Shown: piece by piece, positions 1 to 12,500 of the stretch
Layout: each line of letters begins with the position of its first letter
Position numbering within the stretch: the stretch's first letter is position 1
Origin: Marsupella aquatica
Lineage: Eukaryota; Plantae; Marchantiophyta
Direction: 5' to 3'
NCBI GenBank assembly: GCA_973895155.1
Contig: OZ316895.1
Coordinates: 10,094,184-10,158,183, forward strand
DNA: 64,000 nucleotides
Made by a program: the position numbers and the translations under genes
The notes under the pieces: model-generated
Told to the model about the DNA's origin: nothing
What the model saw: the letters and a program-made list of their open reading frames with translations, nothing else
The model's database searches: none

Positions 1-2942
1 TACCCCACAAGCATTTCCAGAATGGATTAGCTGAAGCTGTCATTAAACGCCTTCAGCCAATTGCACGCCCGCTACTAATGCAATCAAAACTCCCCGTCTT
101 AGCATGGGGACATGCCATATTACAGGCTAATGCATTAATTCAATACCGCCCATCAGCTTTTAATACCTATAGCCCATACCAAATTGCTAACGGTATCAAA
201 CCCGATCTATCCCATCTTTGTTCATTTGGATGTCAAGTAATGGTCCCCATTACTCCACCCAAACGAACCAAGATGGGACCCCAACGACAATTGGGGATAT
301 ACATCGGATTTGACTCCCCATCCATCATAAGATATATGGAGCCTATAACGGGTGACGTTTTTAAAGCTAGATTTCTAGATTGCCATTTTGATGATCATAT
401 TTACCCACCATTAATAACCCCTGCACACCCACAACCACCTTTGGAGTGGGAAAGATATTCGTCATTTTGGCAAGACCTTAGAACCAATCAAGGGGAGAAA
501 GAAGTTCAACGAATTTTGCAACTCCACAAGATTGTGGAAGAACTTCCCGATACTTTTGTCGATACATCACAAGTTAGCCGCTCACATATTCCAGCTGCGA
601 GAGCATCTGCTCGCATCAAATTATCAAGTGAGCCAGCAAGTATATCCCAGCCTCGTACAAACGTGGTAGACCCTTGGGATCAAAAGATAAATAACCAAGA
701 AGGCGTGGTTCATCTATACCCCCTTCACCTGATGTCGATCATACCGAATCTATAACTCATGAAGAGATCTATATCCACTACGCACACATTGGTGCGATGT
801 GGGATAGAAATACTACTTCAATTACAGATGATGCTTTTGCATTAATGGTGGCAACACATATCACTAACGATATACCCGAACCAATATCCATCTTAGAATG
901 CCAAAACAGACCAGATTGGCCTGAATGGCAAAAAGCTATCAACGGAGAATTAGATTCCCTACTAAGCAGACACACTTTTGGCCCAGTTGAGCCAACACCG
1001 CAAGACGTACACCTCATTGGCTACTCGGGGGTCTCACTATATGGATGCCTCCCCCATCGCCTGCGACGTTTTTAGGCCTCGGACCCCCTAAAATGTAAGA
1101 AAAAAAATTATTTTTTAACCCCTATAAAGTTGGAATATTCTTGGAATATTCTAAAAATTTGGTTAGAAAGACCCTAATGTACTTATAAGTCTCAAAATTG
1201 AATTTAAAATACCCTATTGTTCTCCTGCAAAAATTCTTAAGTCTTCCCTTCAAACCAATAAAATGACCCTATCTTTCGTCGCACGTGATGTACCATTTTT
1301 GTAGAAGTGAAACCCCCGAGATTGGCTACAAGTGGACCTTCGTCCGCAAAAGAAATGATAAAGGCCAGGTTGTACGCTACAAAGCACGTCTGGTAGGGAA
1401 AGGATTTACCCAACAACCGGGAATTCATTATGATGAAACTTACTCACCGGTTATGGATAGCACAACATTCCGATACCTTATCGGATTTGCCATTTTCCAT
1501 AAACTACAGATGCGACAACTGGATGTTGCGACCGCATATCTATATGGAACTTTAGACACTTGTCTATACATGCGATCACCTCCCGAGTTGGAGCAACGTC
1601 GCCGAGCTTTAGCTCATGGCGCTAAATCGCATATTCCATATTTACATAAGATTATAAAACAATTATCTCAAGTTACACCTCATGTGTCATCTACACATGT
1701 AACTCATAACAATGACACCCATGTGTCAACCATACGGAATACTTGCCGTGGACTAGCTATCCGCGTGTTGAAGGCATTATATGGCCTGAAACAAAGTGGC
1801 AGAGCATGGTATCAAAGATTCACTAATGAAATAATTGCCATGGGTTTTTTCCATGATGCAATTACCCCATGTTTATTTATTAAACATATGGATGACGAAT
1901 ATGTCATCGTTTCTATTTATGTCGATGACTTAAACATATTTGGGACACCCCAAATTACAGAAGATACTATTACTCGTCTTAAATCAACATTTGAGATGAA
2001 AGACCTTGGACATACAAACTTTTGCTTAGGCTTACAACTGGAGATCTTACCTACTGGCATGATGCTCCATCAAACAACACAAACCGAAAAGATCCTAAAA
2101 TAGTTCAATATGAACCTAGCACACCCATTGACGTCACCAATGGTAGTACGTTCATTAGAAAACAATACTGACGTTTTTCACAAGCGCGAAGAACATTAAC
2201 CAATATTGGACCAGAAACTCCATATCTTTCTACGATAGGAGCATTAATGTATTTAACAAATCAGACCCGACCAGACATTGCATTTGCAGTTAACTTACTA
2301 GCTAGACACAGCGCAACTCCCACAGCCAGACACTGGAACGGAGTTAAGCACGTATTTAGGTACCTGCGTGGCACCACCGATACAGGGTTATTTTAACCAT
2401 TCGGTGCAAACCACGAACTCATAGGATATGCGGACGCCGGATATCTTTCTGACACTAACACCGCAAAATCCCAAATCAAATATGTTTTTACTATAGGGGG
2501 TACCGCTTTTTCTTGGAAAAGCGTGAAACAGACCCTAACAGCAACCGCATCAAATCACTCAGAGATCTTAGCTCTACATGAGGCTAGTCGTGAAGCCATT
2601 TGGTTACAATCTTTTATAAATCACATCAACACCAAATGCAGCCTACCACCACTAACGAAGCCTACTAACATTTTTGAGGATAACGCAGCATGTATACAAC
2701 AGATCACGAAAGGATTCATCAAAGGCGATCGCGTGAAGCATATAGCTCCGAAGTTCTTCTACACCCACGAGTTACATGGAACAGAGATCAATATTTTACA
2801 AATTTCAAGTGCAGACAACTGTGCGGATCTCTTCACCAAATCATTATCGCCAGCCGTTCATCACCGACACTGCCAGGCGATTGGACTGCAGAGCGTACGA
2901 CGCATGATGACCGTGGAAGCTGCTACTCCACATGACGATTGA
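1..2942 (+). pseudogene. Copia pol remnant (integrase C-terminal part, RVT_2 reverse transcriptase, RNase H)
   Basis: Integrase: WGHAILQANALIQYRP. RT: KARLVGKGFTQQPG..YDETYSPV, DVATAYLYG, KALYGLKQSGRAW, YVDDL. RNase H: EILALHEASRE, FEDNAAC, ADLFTKSL. Broken by frameshifts, a stop at 2101 and a MITE at 1024-1320. Confidence 0.92.
1024..1320. mobile_element. 297-bp MITE (family A) inserted in the Copia RT
   Basis: TIR CTCGGGGGTCTCACT / AGTGAAACCCCCGAG with a perfect 8-bp TSD ATTGGCTA (1016-1023 and 1321-1328). Removing it restores the RT reading VHLIGYKWTFVRKRN. Confidence 0.93.
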
Positions 2943-4237
2943 TGCTGCTGACGACATGATGCTGACGACCTACTGTTGCGACAAATGTTAAGGCTAGATT
3001 TACTATAGCATCTAACTTTATTTAATATTGACATTTATTACAACGAGGACTGTTAGGCTACACTCTTTTTCCTTTAGCACTCATATTTTTTCTCTGCTAC
3101 ACTGGTAGAGTTTTTATTTAGCTAAAGTTGATAAAGGTTTTTTAACGAGGCAGTCTATCTCGCTTGTACTTATATCATGTATTTCCTATGAACATGATAT
3201 AATAGGTATAGTCTATGTTGTCTATATAGTTGTCACTATATATACAAAGGGGAGTGTTAGACTCTACCTCCTCCCATTGATCGGACGACCGGACCAGTCG
3301 GTCATCCGACACCACTATATGTATAAACATTCCAAACTATACAGAGATCATTGCATTCTTATCATCACAGTCACGACAATATTCATGCAGAAATATGTGA
3401 GCTAGTTCATATGTGACAATAATGTCACGACAATATTCATGCAGAAATATGTGAGTTCATATGTGACAATAGCAATGACAAACTATCCATTATCCTTTGG
3501 CAGGTTTACTGTAGCTGCCTTGTCTTTGGTCGTGCTTCTCGTCTGGTCTCAGCCTCATGGATCTTCTCGACACTCAGACCTCCCGTCCATCCAGGTGTTG
3601 GACCCCTTTCTGGGGGCCACCCTTGTTATATCCTGGCTTTTTGAATAAATGCCATTTGATTTGAAAACAATATCTTGGACTTAATATGTTCAATAAAGAA
3701 AGATGATAATAATCTTGGAGTTGTACTGGTATGCACAATGATTTTTTGCCACTCAAATCTGACTCAGTTTTGGAACCCCCTGACTGGGTACACACAACAA
3801 TCAATTGGGTACACACAACAATCAATTTTAATGATTAAAAAAGCATCTTAAATAACTAATCTTGCAAGATGATGAAAGATTTGTGTAAGATTCTCCCTAA
3901 CGCAAGAACAATATTATTCCCTCAAGGGTCTCATTGTATAGAGGGCTCTCCATCACCTGTTGCATTGTTAAGTATTAGACCCCCAAAAATATAATGTTTT
4001 TTTTTTTTTTTAGTAGCAAAAAATTACTAGATTTCATATCACTGACAAGTCTGTGCTACTTTTGGGAAAAAATATGCTACGGTTCTTGTCATCCACGACG
4101 GTTCTTGTCATCCACGACCTACAATAGATTCCCACCTAGCCACATATCCTATTGCGGAGAATCTGACTACTATCTTCAAATCTCGGGAGATCTCATGTTA
4201 AGAAAATAATCTAAGAAATTAGAAAAGAATATTGCAG

Positions 4238-4517
4238 CATCGTCACACAAGGTGCCACTTGACACACAGGCGGAAGAGGAAAGGCCTTAAAAAAAAAGTA
4301 GCTACTTGCAATGGACTGAATATGGCCCTCACTACCAGCCTTTCATCTGCGGCCATGAAATTACCCCACCAGCTCCCTGCTTCTATGCATGAAACGTCCC
4401 AATTCAATTTGCACGCAACTGCACTGAAAACTGGATGGAATTGTCACTTAGTAAGAAGATGTCAACAATGGGAATGTGAACAGTTTTGGCACATTATTTT
4501 TGTTGCCCAAAAATCAC
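4238..4517 (+). repeat. Left arm of a ~280-bp inverted repeat
   Basis: Near-identical to the reverse complement of 5648-5926; both translate to MALTTSLSSAAMKLPHQLP. Confidence 0.9.
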
Positions 4518-4620
4518 GCAATTGAGAAATCCTGTCACAAAGAAGGAATAAGCCAAAAAGTGAATTAAATTTAGTGTGAAAAGAAAGAGTCACACCATTA
4601 TTATTGAGATAAACAAAATG

Positions 4621-4768
4621 AAGGTACTCTGGTCACACAATGCACCAGGATCAATGAGTATCTTACAAAAACAAGGTACTCTGGTCACACAATGCACCAG
4701 GATCAATGAGTATCTTACAAAAACAAGGTATTCTGGTCACACAATGCACTAGGATCAATGAGTATCTT
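4621..4768. repeat. ~53-bp tandem repeat, about 2.8 copies
   Basis: AAGGTACTCTGGTCACACAATGCACCAGGATCAATGAGTATCTT occurs three times. Confidence 0.9.
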
Positions 4769-5049
4769 CCCTCCATGATCAAGGAAGTACTCTAATACTC
4801 AATAGGGTGTACACACCCAATAGAATAATATTTCATAGTTTGTGTAATACTTGGAGGAGTTAAATTGCAGATACTACTATAGTCAATAAGGGGACTACAT
4901 ATGCTGATCAACTTAAAAACTATTATTTCAATATTTGGGTGGTTTTGTACATTCATTAATTGTGTCATTTTCACTGCCAAAAAAACAACAACCATAAGGC
5001 CAAAAGATGGCAGGGGTGTTGATGACAAGGTGTCGTGCAAGGGACACAC

Positions 5050-5526
5050 TTTTACTTGAACATATCATTTTACTTCATAGTATCTTTCTCCTAACCACCC
5101 TTTTGGCATCATGACATCATTTTATTTGATGACATCTTTCACATAAGGACAGACATCTTTGTACTTGATGATATCATTCTAATGATGAAATCTTTCACAT
5201 TATCACATCTTTGACAAAACTACTTTTTTTTCTTAACTACATTGTATTTGACATCATCTTTTTACTTGACAACTTGTTTCATAATGACATCATTGGCAAA
5301 ACAACTTCTTCTTTTTTACTTGACAAAATTGTTCACATAAGGACATCTTGGGTCATTTTTTCTTAACCACACCTTTTCACTTCACGACATGTTTCACATA
5401 ACAATGTCTTGGGCGTCACAACTTAAACTTCTTTTTTCTGAACAACATCTTTTTACAGTAATGATATTTTTCACGTAGCTACATCTTGGGAGTCGTGATA
5501 TCTTTTGTGCACACGGATTGAGCTAG
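5050..5526 (+). mobile_element. Degenerate Helitron-like 3' end
   Basis: GACATC-rich subterminal repeats end in TGTGCACACGGATTGAGCTAG|T. This resembles the Helitron-type ends at ~29240-29265 and 31164-31189. Confidence 0.5.
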
Positions 5527-5647
5527 TTTACCAGTAAAAGAAACATTGTTCGACATGCAACTATATTCAGGCCCTACACATCAAATTGTCGCCGGGCCCA
5601 GACCTTCTACATTTGTTGCTCGTTGCAACCTGAGCATGCTCTTTAGT

Positions 5648-5926
5648 GTGATTTTTGGGCAACAAAAATAATGTGCAAAAACTGTTCACATCCGGACGTT
5701 GTTGACATCTTCTTACTAAGTGACAATTCCATCCAGTTTTCAGTGCAGTTGAGTGCAAATTGAGTTGGGACATTCATGCATAGAAGCGGGAGCTGGTGGG
5801 GTAATTTCATGGCGGCAGATGAAAGGCTGGTAGTGAGGGCCATATTCAGTCAATTGCAAGTAGCTATTTTTTTATAAGGCTTTTCCTCTTTCGCCTGTGT
5901 GTCAAGTGGCACCTTGTGTGGCGATG
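5648..5926 (-). repeat. Right arm of the ~280-bp inverted repeat
   Basis: Reverse-complement match to 4238-4517. Confidence 0.9.
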
Positions 5927-7269
5927 TGTGACCTAAACTGATAAATTGCAGGGTTTCTCACTTCAAAAAATGAGCATCACTTCAAAAAATGGCGCAACCC
6001 TTTATTATAGGAATTAATTTGGGCAGAAGCTTTGGGCTAGAGTAAGTATACAAAGGAGAAAATAAAGTTGTTTTGGGGACCAAATTAGCCACCTTCCTTA
6101 CCCATTTTAAGCCTTTGGAAGGTAGGTCCAACACTGTCGTAAAGACTCTTGCTCAGAAACTAATGAATCATTGAAAATTGCTGGGCTTTGCAACAAAATT
6201 TAGGTGATATTTGTGAGACTCGTGAAAACATTTACACTGCATACATTCAGAACATTTCAAATATTTTGTAAAACACTGACTTTTCAGAGGATACATTACT
6301 TATGAAGTTGGAAAATATCCTGTACATAAATTATTTATGGCCTTATTTTGCCATATATTGAACATCAATTTTGGCCCTGCTACCAACATAATTCGGAAAA
6401 CCTCAAAAGAATTTGGTCATGTAACTGTCAAGAAGATTCTAACCATTGACTTTTAGGTGTACATAGTGTTTTTAAAATGAAAAATGAAAACAGGAGGATA
6501 ATGTTCTGGTGCTGAGTTGTTTTCTGATATGAAAATAATTAACCTTTTACGCGGGTGTCTCCTGAAAAGAACAATAGTCAATGCTTCACGCAGGTCCTAT
6601 GGCAATCAAGATTAGCACTACGGTATGGCACTGGCTTCTTAGACATGACTGGGATGTGTTTCTTTGTATATTGGACCTTACTTTATTACTTTCAAGACAA
6701 AGAAAAAAACCAACTCTTGGGAGGGGCAGGGTAGGCAGACTCACCAAATCAGAGACTCACTAAATCATTGAAGGGTCAGGGAAATGTTTATGCCCTCAAA
6801 AGAGATTAGCACTTTAGTAAGACAAGGTTAGAAAAGGGTTTGGTAGTAGGACATGGTCAAAACAAAAGGGTTGTCCTACCATAGATGTTGACATGCTTCC
6901 TTCATGAATACACAAGAGAAAAGCTTTCTTCAAGATCTTGCATATGAAGGATCAAAAGGATAGCACAACATCTCTAAAACATCTAGCACATAGCATACCA
7001 TAGATGTTGACATGCTCAACTATAAACACAATGTACATATTCTATAACTCCAAGGTCCACGCTCTCTATCACATATATTATGTTCACAACTACTAAGTGT
7101 TTATCTAGTTATCTAATGCGAGATCTAATGTTAACTCACTCTAGTTAATCTAGCCAAGGTTGAGTTAAAACTCGGACAGTATATGGTCTTGGTCCTTGGG
7201 AGGCAAATTGTGAATATGTACAGAAACTTCATGGGCTACTGCTAGGTAGTTGTACTTAGGTTTTTCCTT

Positions 7270-7480
7270 TTAAAACTTTAAATACATTGTCACTAAAGAT
7301 GTTTGAATTTACAATCTAATTGCCGCTGCTTTTTTTTAATTTCCAAAAAAGCCACGGTTTCCTGGTTACCTTAGTAAACTTGTCATGCATATACAAAGCC
7401 GTGACATTTTTATAAATACATGAAAAAACAGTGACAATATTGTCAATCAGAAAATCTTTAGTGACAAAGTACTTAAAAGC
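7270..7480 (+). repeat. Dispersed AT-rich repeat, related copy at ~41040-41260
   Basis: Shared blocks in the same order: TACATTGTCACTAAA.ATGTTTGAATTTACAAT, GGTTACCTTAGT and CAATCAGAA. Confidence 0.65.
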
Positions 7481-8039
7481 TGTTTCCTTTTATGAGTAAA
7501 ACTAACCCACTTTGGTAGCAAGGTCAGTCACTAACTGTCCAAAACCTGTTTAGAAAACCCAATTTTAGGACTCCTCTTTTCGCTACATTAGCTCACTAGC
7601 CATTTGGAGTCTTAACACTAGAAATGCAAAAAACAGGCAAAAATAAAAAGACATTAAACACCAGTAGTGACTTGCTAACAATACCCTCATTGCTGTCAAT
7701 TTTTTTGTTTGCATGCATCATACAATTTCTCTCAATACCTTGGACTTCCAATTTTGCATTGAGGGAGCTCAGTGGTTCCCACAAAAAAATGTGGGCGAGA
7801 AGTACTCCACAATGCCAAGTTGATCAGCCATGGCTGCGGCCTAATGGACTGACCACCGGTTGTACTGGACAGAGTACCTGTTGGCTGTTGCACCCGGTGT
7901 CCCTCCTGTTACAGGTTATATTAGGGGCAGAAGTGTAAGAAGAGTCACGTGAGTTAAAAAATATGTTTGGGCCATGTCCATACTGGTTATCAGAATCCAT
8001 TGGGGCATTGTTTCATATGTAGAGGTCTATCTGAGGTCT

Positions 8040-8168
8040 ATCTGGGCTTCAATTGATGGAAAAGCCATTGTAGTTTTGTTTTATCTGGGCTTCAATTGAT
8101 GGAAAAGCCATTGTAGTTTTGTTTTATCTGGGCTTCAATTGATGGAAAATCCATTGTAGTTTTGTTTT
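8040..8168. repeat. 43-bp tandem repeat x3
   Basis: TATCTGGGCTTCAATTGATGGAAAAGCCATTGTAGTTTTGTTT repeated three times. Confidence 0.92.
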
Positions 8169-9591
8169 TGGCCCTTTTTCAGTAATTCTGGGCCTTTTCC
8201 AGTAAATTGGTCTCAATCGAGCGATTCGCCGTCATTCTGTTCGCGAAAGCAAAATCATGATGACGGAGAGGAAGGCAGACGGAATGGCAGCCATTTTCAA
8301 TTCTCAATTCTCAACGAGACGACATTGAATTCTGGCCCCTCGATCACCAGAGCGCTTTCCAATGTTGGTGCCAATGATGATGGTGACGATGACGAACAGA
8401 CCGTCTTGACTACGCGAAACGTCAAAATTTCCAGTTGAGCGTTTTGTAGATGTGAAGAGTTCACTGCAGACCACGTCGAGAGGAACGATGGGTTAAGATG
8501 CGTCGACAACGAGATGTTATTCAGAAGCGGAATGGAAGGGAATGGATTCGGAGAACCCTTCGAGACGCTCTTAAGGATGCAATTCTGCGGCGGAGTGGCC
8601 CCGCCGCCAATGCATTTAGATCGAGCTTTTTCGCAGAGAGGTCGTCAATCAGGGTTTTGAGGAAATGAAATGTTTGGCGGGGGAATCCAATCGGTACGAC
8701 CGCGTGAGAACGGAGGGGATGTGACTTGACGGAGCGCGTAGCTGTGGCTACCAGGAGTAGCTGCAGAGGAGAGAAGCGATGGCTAAGTGGAGAAACTTGC
8801 TGAAAGGGATCTTGCGAAACTATGACATTGCCGCTATTAGTTTTGCTAAGTCTGCTCCTCCCGCTGGAGCGACACATAGCACTCAGGTACTTTCTATAAT
8901 GTTCGGTCTGTCCATCAGATTCATGAACGAAGAAATGAATGAGCGGGATTTGAAAGGTCCCAGAAGGACAGAGAATGTGATAACCCTCGCTCGTCATTTT
9001 CGTCGATCTTAGTAGTGGTCCGTTTCGCTCGTGATCATCGGTAATCCATCAATGCTCGTCTGAATCCGTCTCCGCCTTAACAAAACCCTCACCCCCCGCG
9101 TGAGACAGTCAGACAACTAGAGCGAATGAATGAATTTCGAAATTCCGAACGGATACAATAGATCTGTCATGACAAAATGCCAGCCTCCACAAGTGTAAGT
9201 CCTGTCATCTAAGGGTTGCACCTCGACAATAATCTTGCCCCGGAGTAAGTTACAGACGGTCCGAGGACGACTGAATGCATACGAATGTAGTTTTTTTAAA
9301 AGTCAACTAGGCGGGTAGGGTTGTCCGTGCGGAATTTTGTAGAAGTTCTCAAGGAACGTATTCTGTTTAGAGGTCATTGTGGCTGAGGATTGACTAGAAA
9401 TCTGATTTAGGCTTTCTCGACAATTCTCTATCTCTCAGCGTGGACTGGAATTAAATAAGGCAGTATCCTCTGTTGCCTTGTCGCAGTTTGAGATTCATGG
9501 AGATAAACTACTTGCTTCGCCTCGTCGTGGCCCTATTGGTTTCTCGAGCAGGCTGTTGCACAATCCGAGGGCACTGATTGAGATTCCGAGA

Positions 9592-12500
9592 ATGTTGACA
9601 GTTTCTTCTTCGTTTAGAACATGGCCCGGCGCCGCCATTGGTAGTGGATTGCGGAATGCGAGTAAGAGATTCGCAGCCAACCACGGGATTGGCGATTTCC
9701 ACGGGGATGTGTTAACATCTTTTTGTCCCAAACTTCTGGCGGGAAGAGCCACGCCATCTCATGGACTCGGTAGAATTTCTGCTGTAGATTTTTCCTCCAA
9801 GCGAACGGGTGCGACCAATCCTGCTGGCTCAACTAGTAGGTCAGATGGAGAGGAATCAAGTCTCGAGAATTTTGAGAAGAAATGTGATAAGCTGATGTCT
9901 GACTTCGAGGCTGCCCAGAAAGGGTGCCACCACATACCCGAGTCAATACGAAGCATTTCAAAAATGGATCCTAATGGTGGGTTCCCAGTGATCTTTCTCG
10001 ATTCGTTGTCCAATTGTATGCTTTCGAATCAATTGTCTCTTTCATTATGCGGGCCAATTCCCTACAGGATTCCTCAAATATCGGTCCGACCTGGTCAATG
10101 CAGAGCAATAGATGAGTTACATTTTTCAAGTTACGTAGTCACCTTGCAGATGACCACAAGGTTTGCTTGAAATCTGTCCTATGGATCACTTTGAATTTGA
10201 TTGATGGAGATTTGTTGACAGGAGTGTATGCGAATTACAATCTTCGCCTTGATCAGATCAAGGTATTTGGGTTCGATTACGACTTCACATTGGCACATTA
10301 CACGGACGCCCTGCAACCGCTTATTTACGACCTCGCCAAGAAGCATCTCGTCTCAGAGGTAAGCTTCAAACTGTCAATTCTCTCTGAGAGTGTCGGTAAA
10401 CTACTCTGGATCAGATAAAAATGTTCACATTATCTCATCTACTCCCCTGCTTAGCCCTCCTTGATTGTTGAAGCCATCGACAAGGTCCCACTACAACGTT
10501 AAGTAGAGAATCCAGTAGCGGTAATCCTTGTCCAAGCACAACTTCCTAGGAAATTGTGAACAATGTCGAAGTTGCACACCACCTGGAAAGTGGGAGCTGT
10601 ATTGAATGAACTTTTAAATGAAGGAGTTACGGAAAAGAGGACGCAAAGTGCGTTGGGACAAATTGTCTAAGCCTGACCAAAGATCACTGGTTGTCCCTTA
10701 GTACAATCGAATCCTGTGAATTGGGTCCAAGAACTATGACATCTTCTTCATGCTATTAACTACAAGAAATTGGCTCAAAAGAGTAGAAGTGACCTAAGAC
10801 CGAGCGATTCTGAAGTCTTCTATAGTTCCCTAATAGTGAGATCTACATTGTTGTATTTCTAAGCTGCCAGATGGTCCCATATTGTCGAATTGAACCCTAA
10901 AACTAGGTTGCTCAATGTCTAGTTCTCAGTCAAGGTTAGGGTTATGCCGTTCACAGCTCACATTTGCATGAAGTCCTGAAGTGGCTTACCGGTACCACTG
11001 ATTGGTATTCCCAAGCAATGTCTGTGCTCTCTGACCCCAGGATGTTACTGCCTTTTGGATCAAATGCGGCTACTCGTTCTTGCGATTACCATCCTTTTAG
11101 CTTAGTTTTTGGTGACATATGTTGAAAACTAAATATACGCTGATTGTAGGCTTTGTCCAAACCTCGGTAGTGATATTATTCTTGCATCATGCCTGAACCC
11201 TATTCAGCATCAGTTTGTGGCTCAGTCATCCCGATTGTCAATATTTTGAATAATGGAATCACCACTGTAGACCAAAGTCTAGATTTTGTTGGACAGGGGA
11301 ATTCTTGACAAGTGAGGGAAATAGCAGGGAAGAGTTGGTCCCCAGTTGGTCAATGGCTCAAGTGTTCCCGGTTATAATAAAAAGCTTCTGTATAGTCAAC
11401 TCCAGGTAGTAATCCCTTAGCAACTAAGCCAGCTTTCTATTCTGTATGCGGCCATCGTACGTTGGTAATTTTGGTGACCAAGTGTTTTCGAGTGTATGAT
11501 CTGTTGGTCTGATGCGACAAACAGTACAGGTATCCAGAGAGCTGCTTAAATTTCAAGTATGACCCTGATTTTCCTATTAGGGGTCTGTATTACGACAAGA
11601 AACACGGCAACCTCCTGAAACTCGATTTTTTTCACTCTGTGGAGCCACATGGGTGCTTTTATGGACGACGTCGGGTGAGCTTGGCCTTCTTTTTGCTTCA
11701 TCATCTGTCAAGTAGCTCAGGACCAAAGGAGCTGTCATTTGTCGTAGTCATAGTGTTTGGGCAATGACTAGTTTGGTAAACTCAGAAGGGTTCACAACTT
11801 TACTGTATGCGACCATCTAAGACTCTTAAGAGAAATGGATTACCTGCTATCTTTCTATTGTGATCATGTTCTGCCATCGATGGAAACGTAGGGTGCTTCT
11901 TGCACATGATGGGATACCACCAGGCATATGGTTACTTGGGGAGTGCCAATTCCACATGCTGAAGATAGTTAGTGAACATTTGTTGACTTGATCGTTTTTG
12001 TTCAGCTGAGTAGGCTTGAACTTGAAGCACAATATGGAGGCAAGCATATTAGTGTATCGGATATTCCAAATCTTGTGCCTCTAATGGACCTCTTCTGTCT
12101 CTCAGAGGTTTGTTCAGACTTAACTCTCTTCTGGTTACTTTATGCTGGGGCTGTGAATGTTGGGTCAGGGTATTCTTGACTTGTTCTTCGATTTTCGTGT
12201 TTGGAGCAGTTGAGACATTAATTCACGAAAATAGCGCTGAGACAGTTCTTTCCTTTCTAACACCTTAAAATTTCTGTCACAAATCTGATCGTAAATTGTT
12301 TTTGCTCTTATGTGGCAGGCTTGTCTGATTTCTGACGTTATCCAGCATTTCGTGGATCAGAACATGGAGTTTGATTCTTCCTACGTGTATGAAGATGTGA
12401 AGCGATCCATTGACTTTGTTCATCGCAGTGGTCTCATGCATGGCACTGTATTATCAAACCCTGCAAAGTATCTTGTGAAGAATGTGAGTCTTGTGAAAAA

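Larger units (their letters stand above)
1..3369 (+). mobile_element. Decayed Ty1/Copia LTR retrotransposon, 3' part (window truncates the 5' end); probably Bianca-like lineage
   Basis: Domain order is integrase-RT-RNase H. A polypurine tract AAAGGGGAG (3246-3254) is followed directly by TGTTAG, the LTR start at 3255. The LTR end near 3369 (..ATCACA) is a guess. The lineage is inferred from the motifs TKMGPQRQLGIY, YADAGYLSD and SNHSEI. Confidence 0.9.

Noticed and set aside
8297-9012. ORFs upstream of the nucleotidase gene (possible divergent gene)
   Set aside because: No recognisable domain, non-ATG start for the longest ORF, and no consistent splice model.
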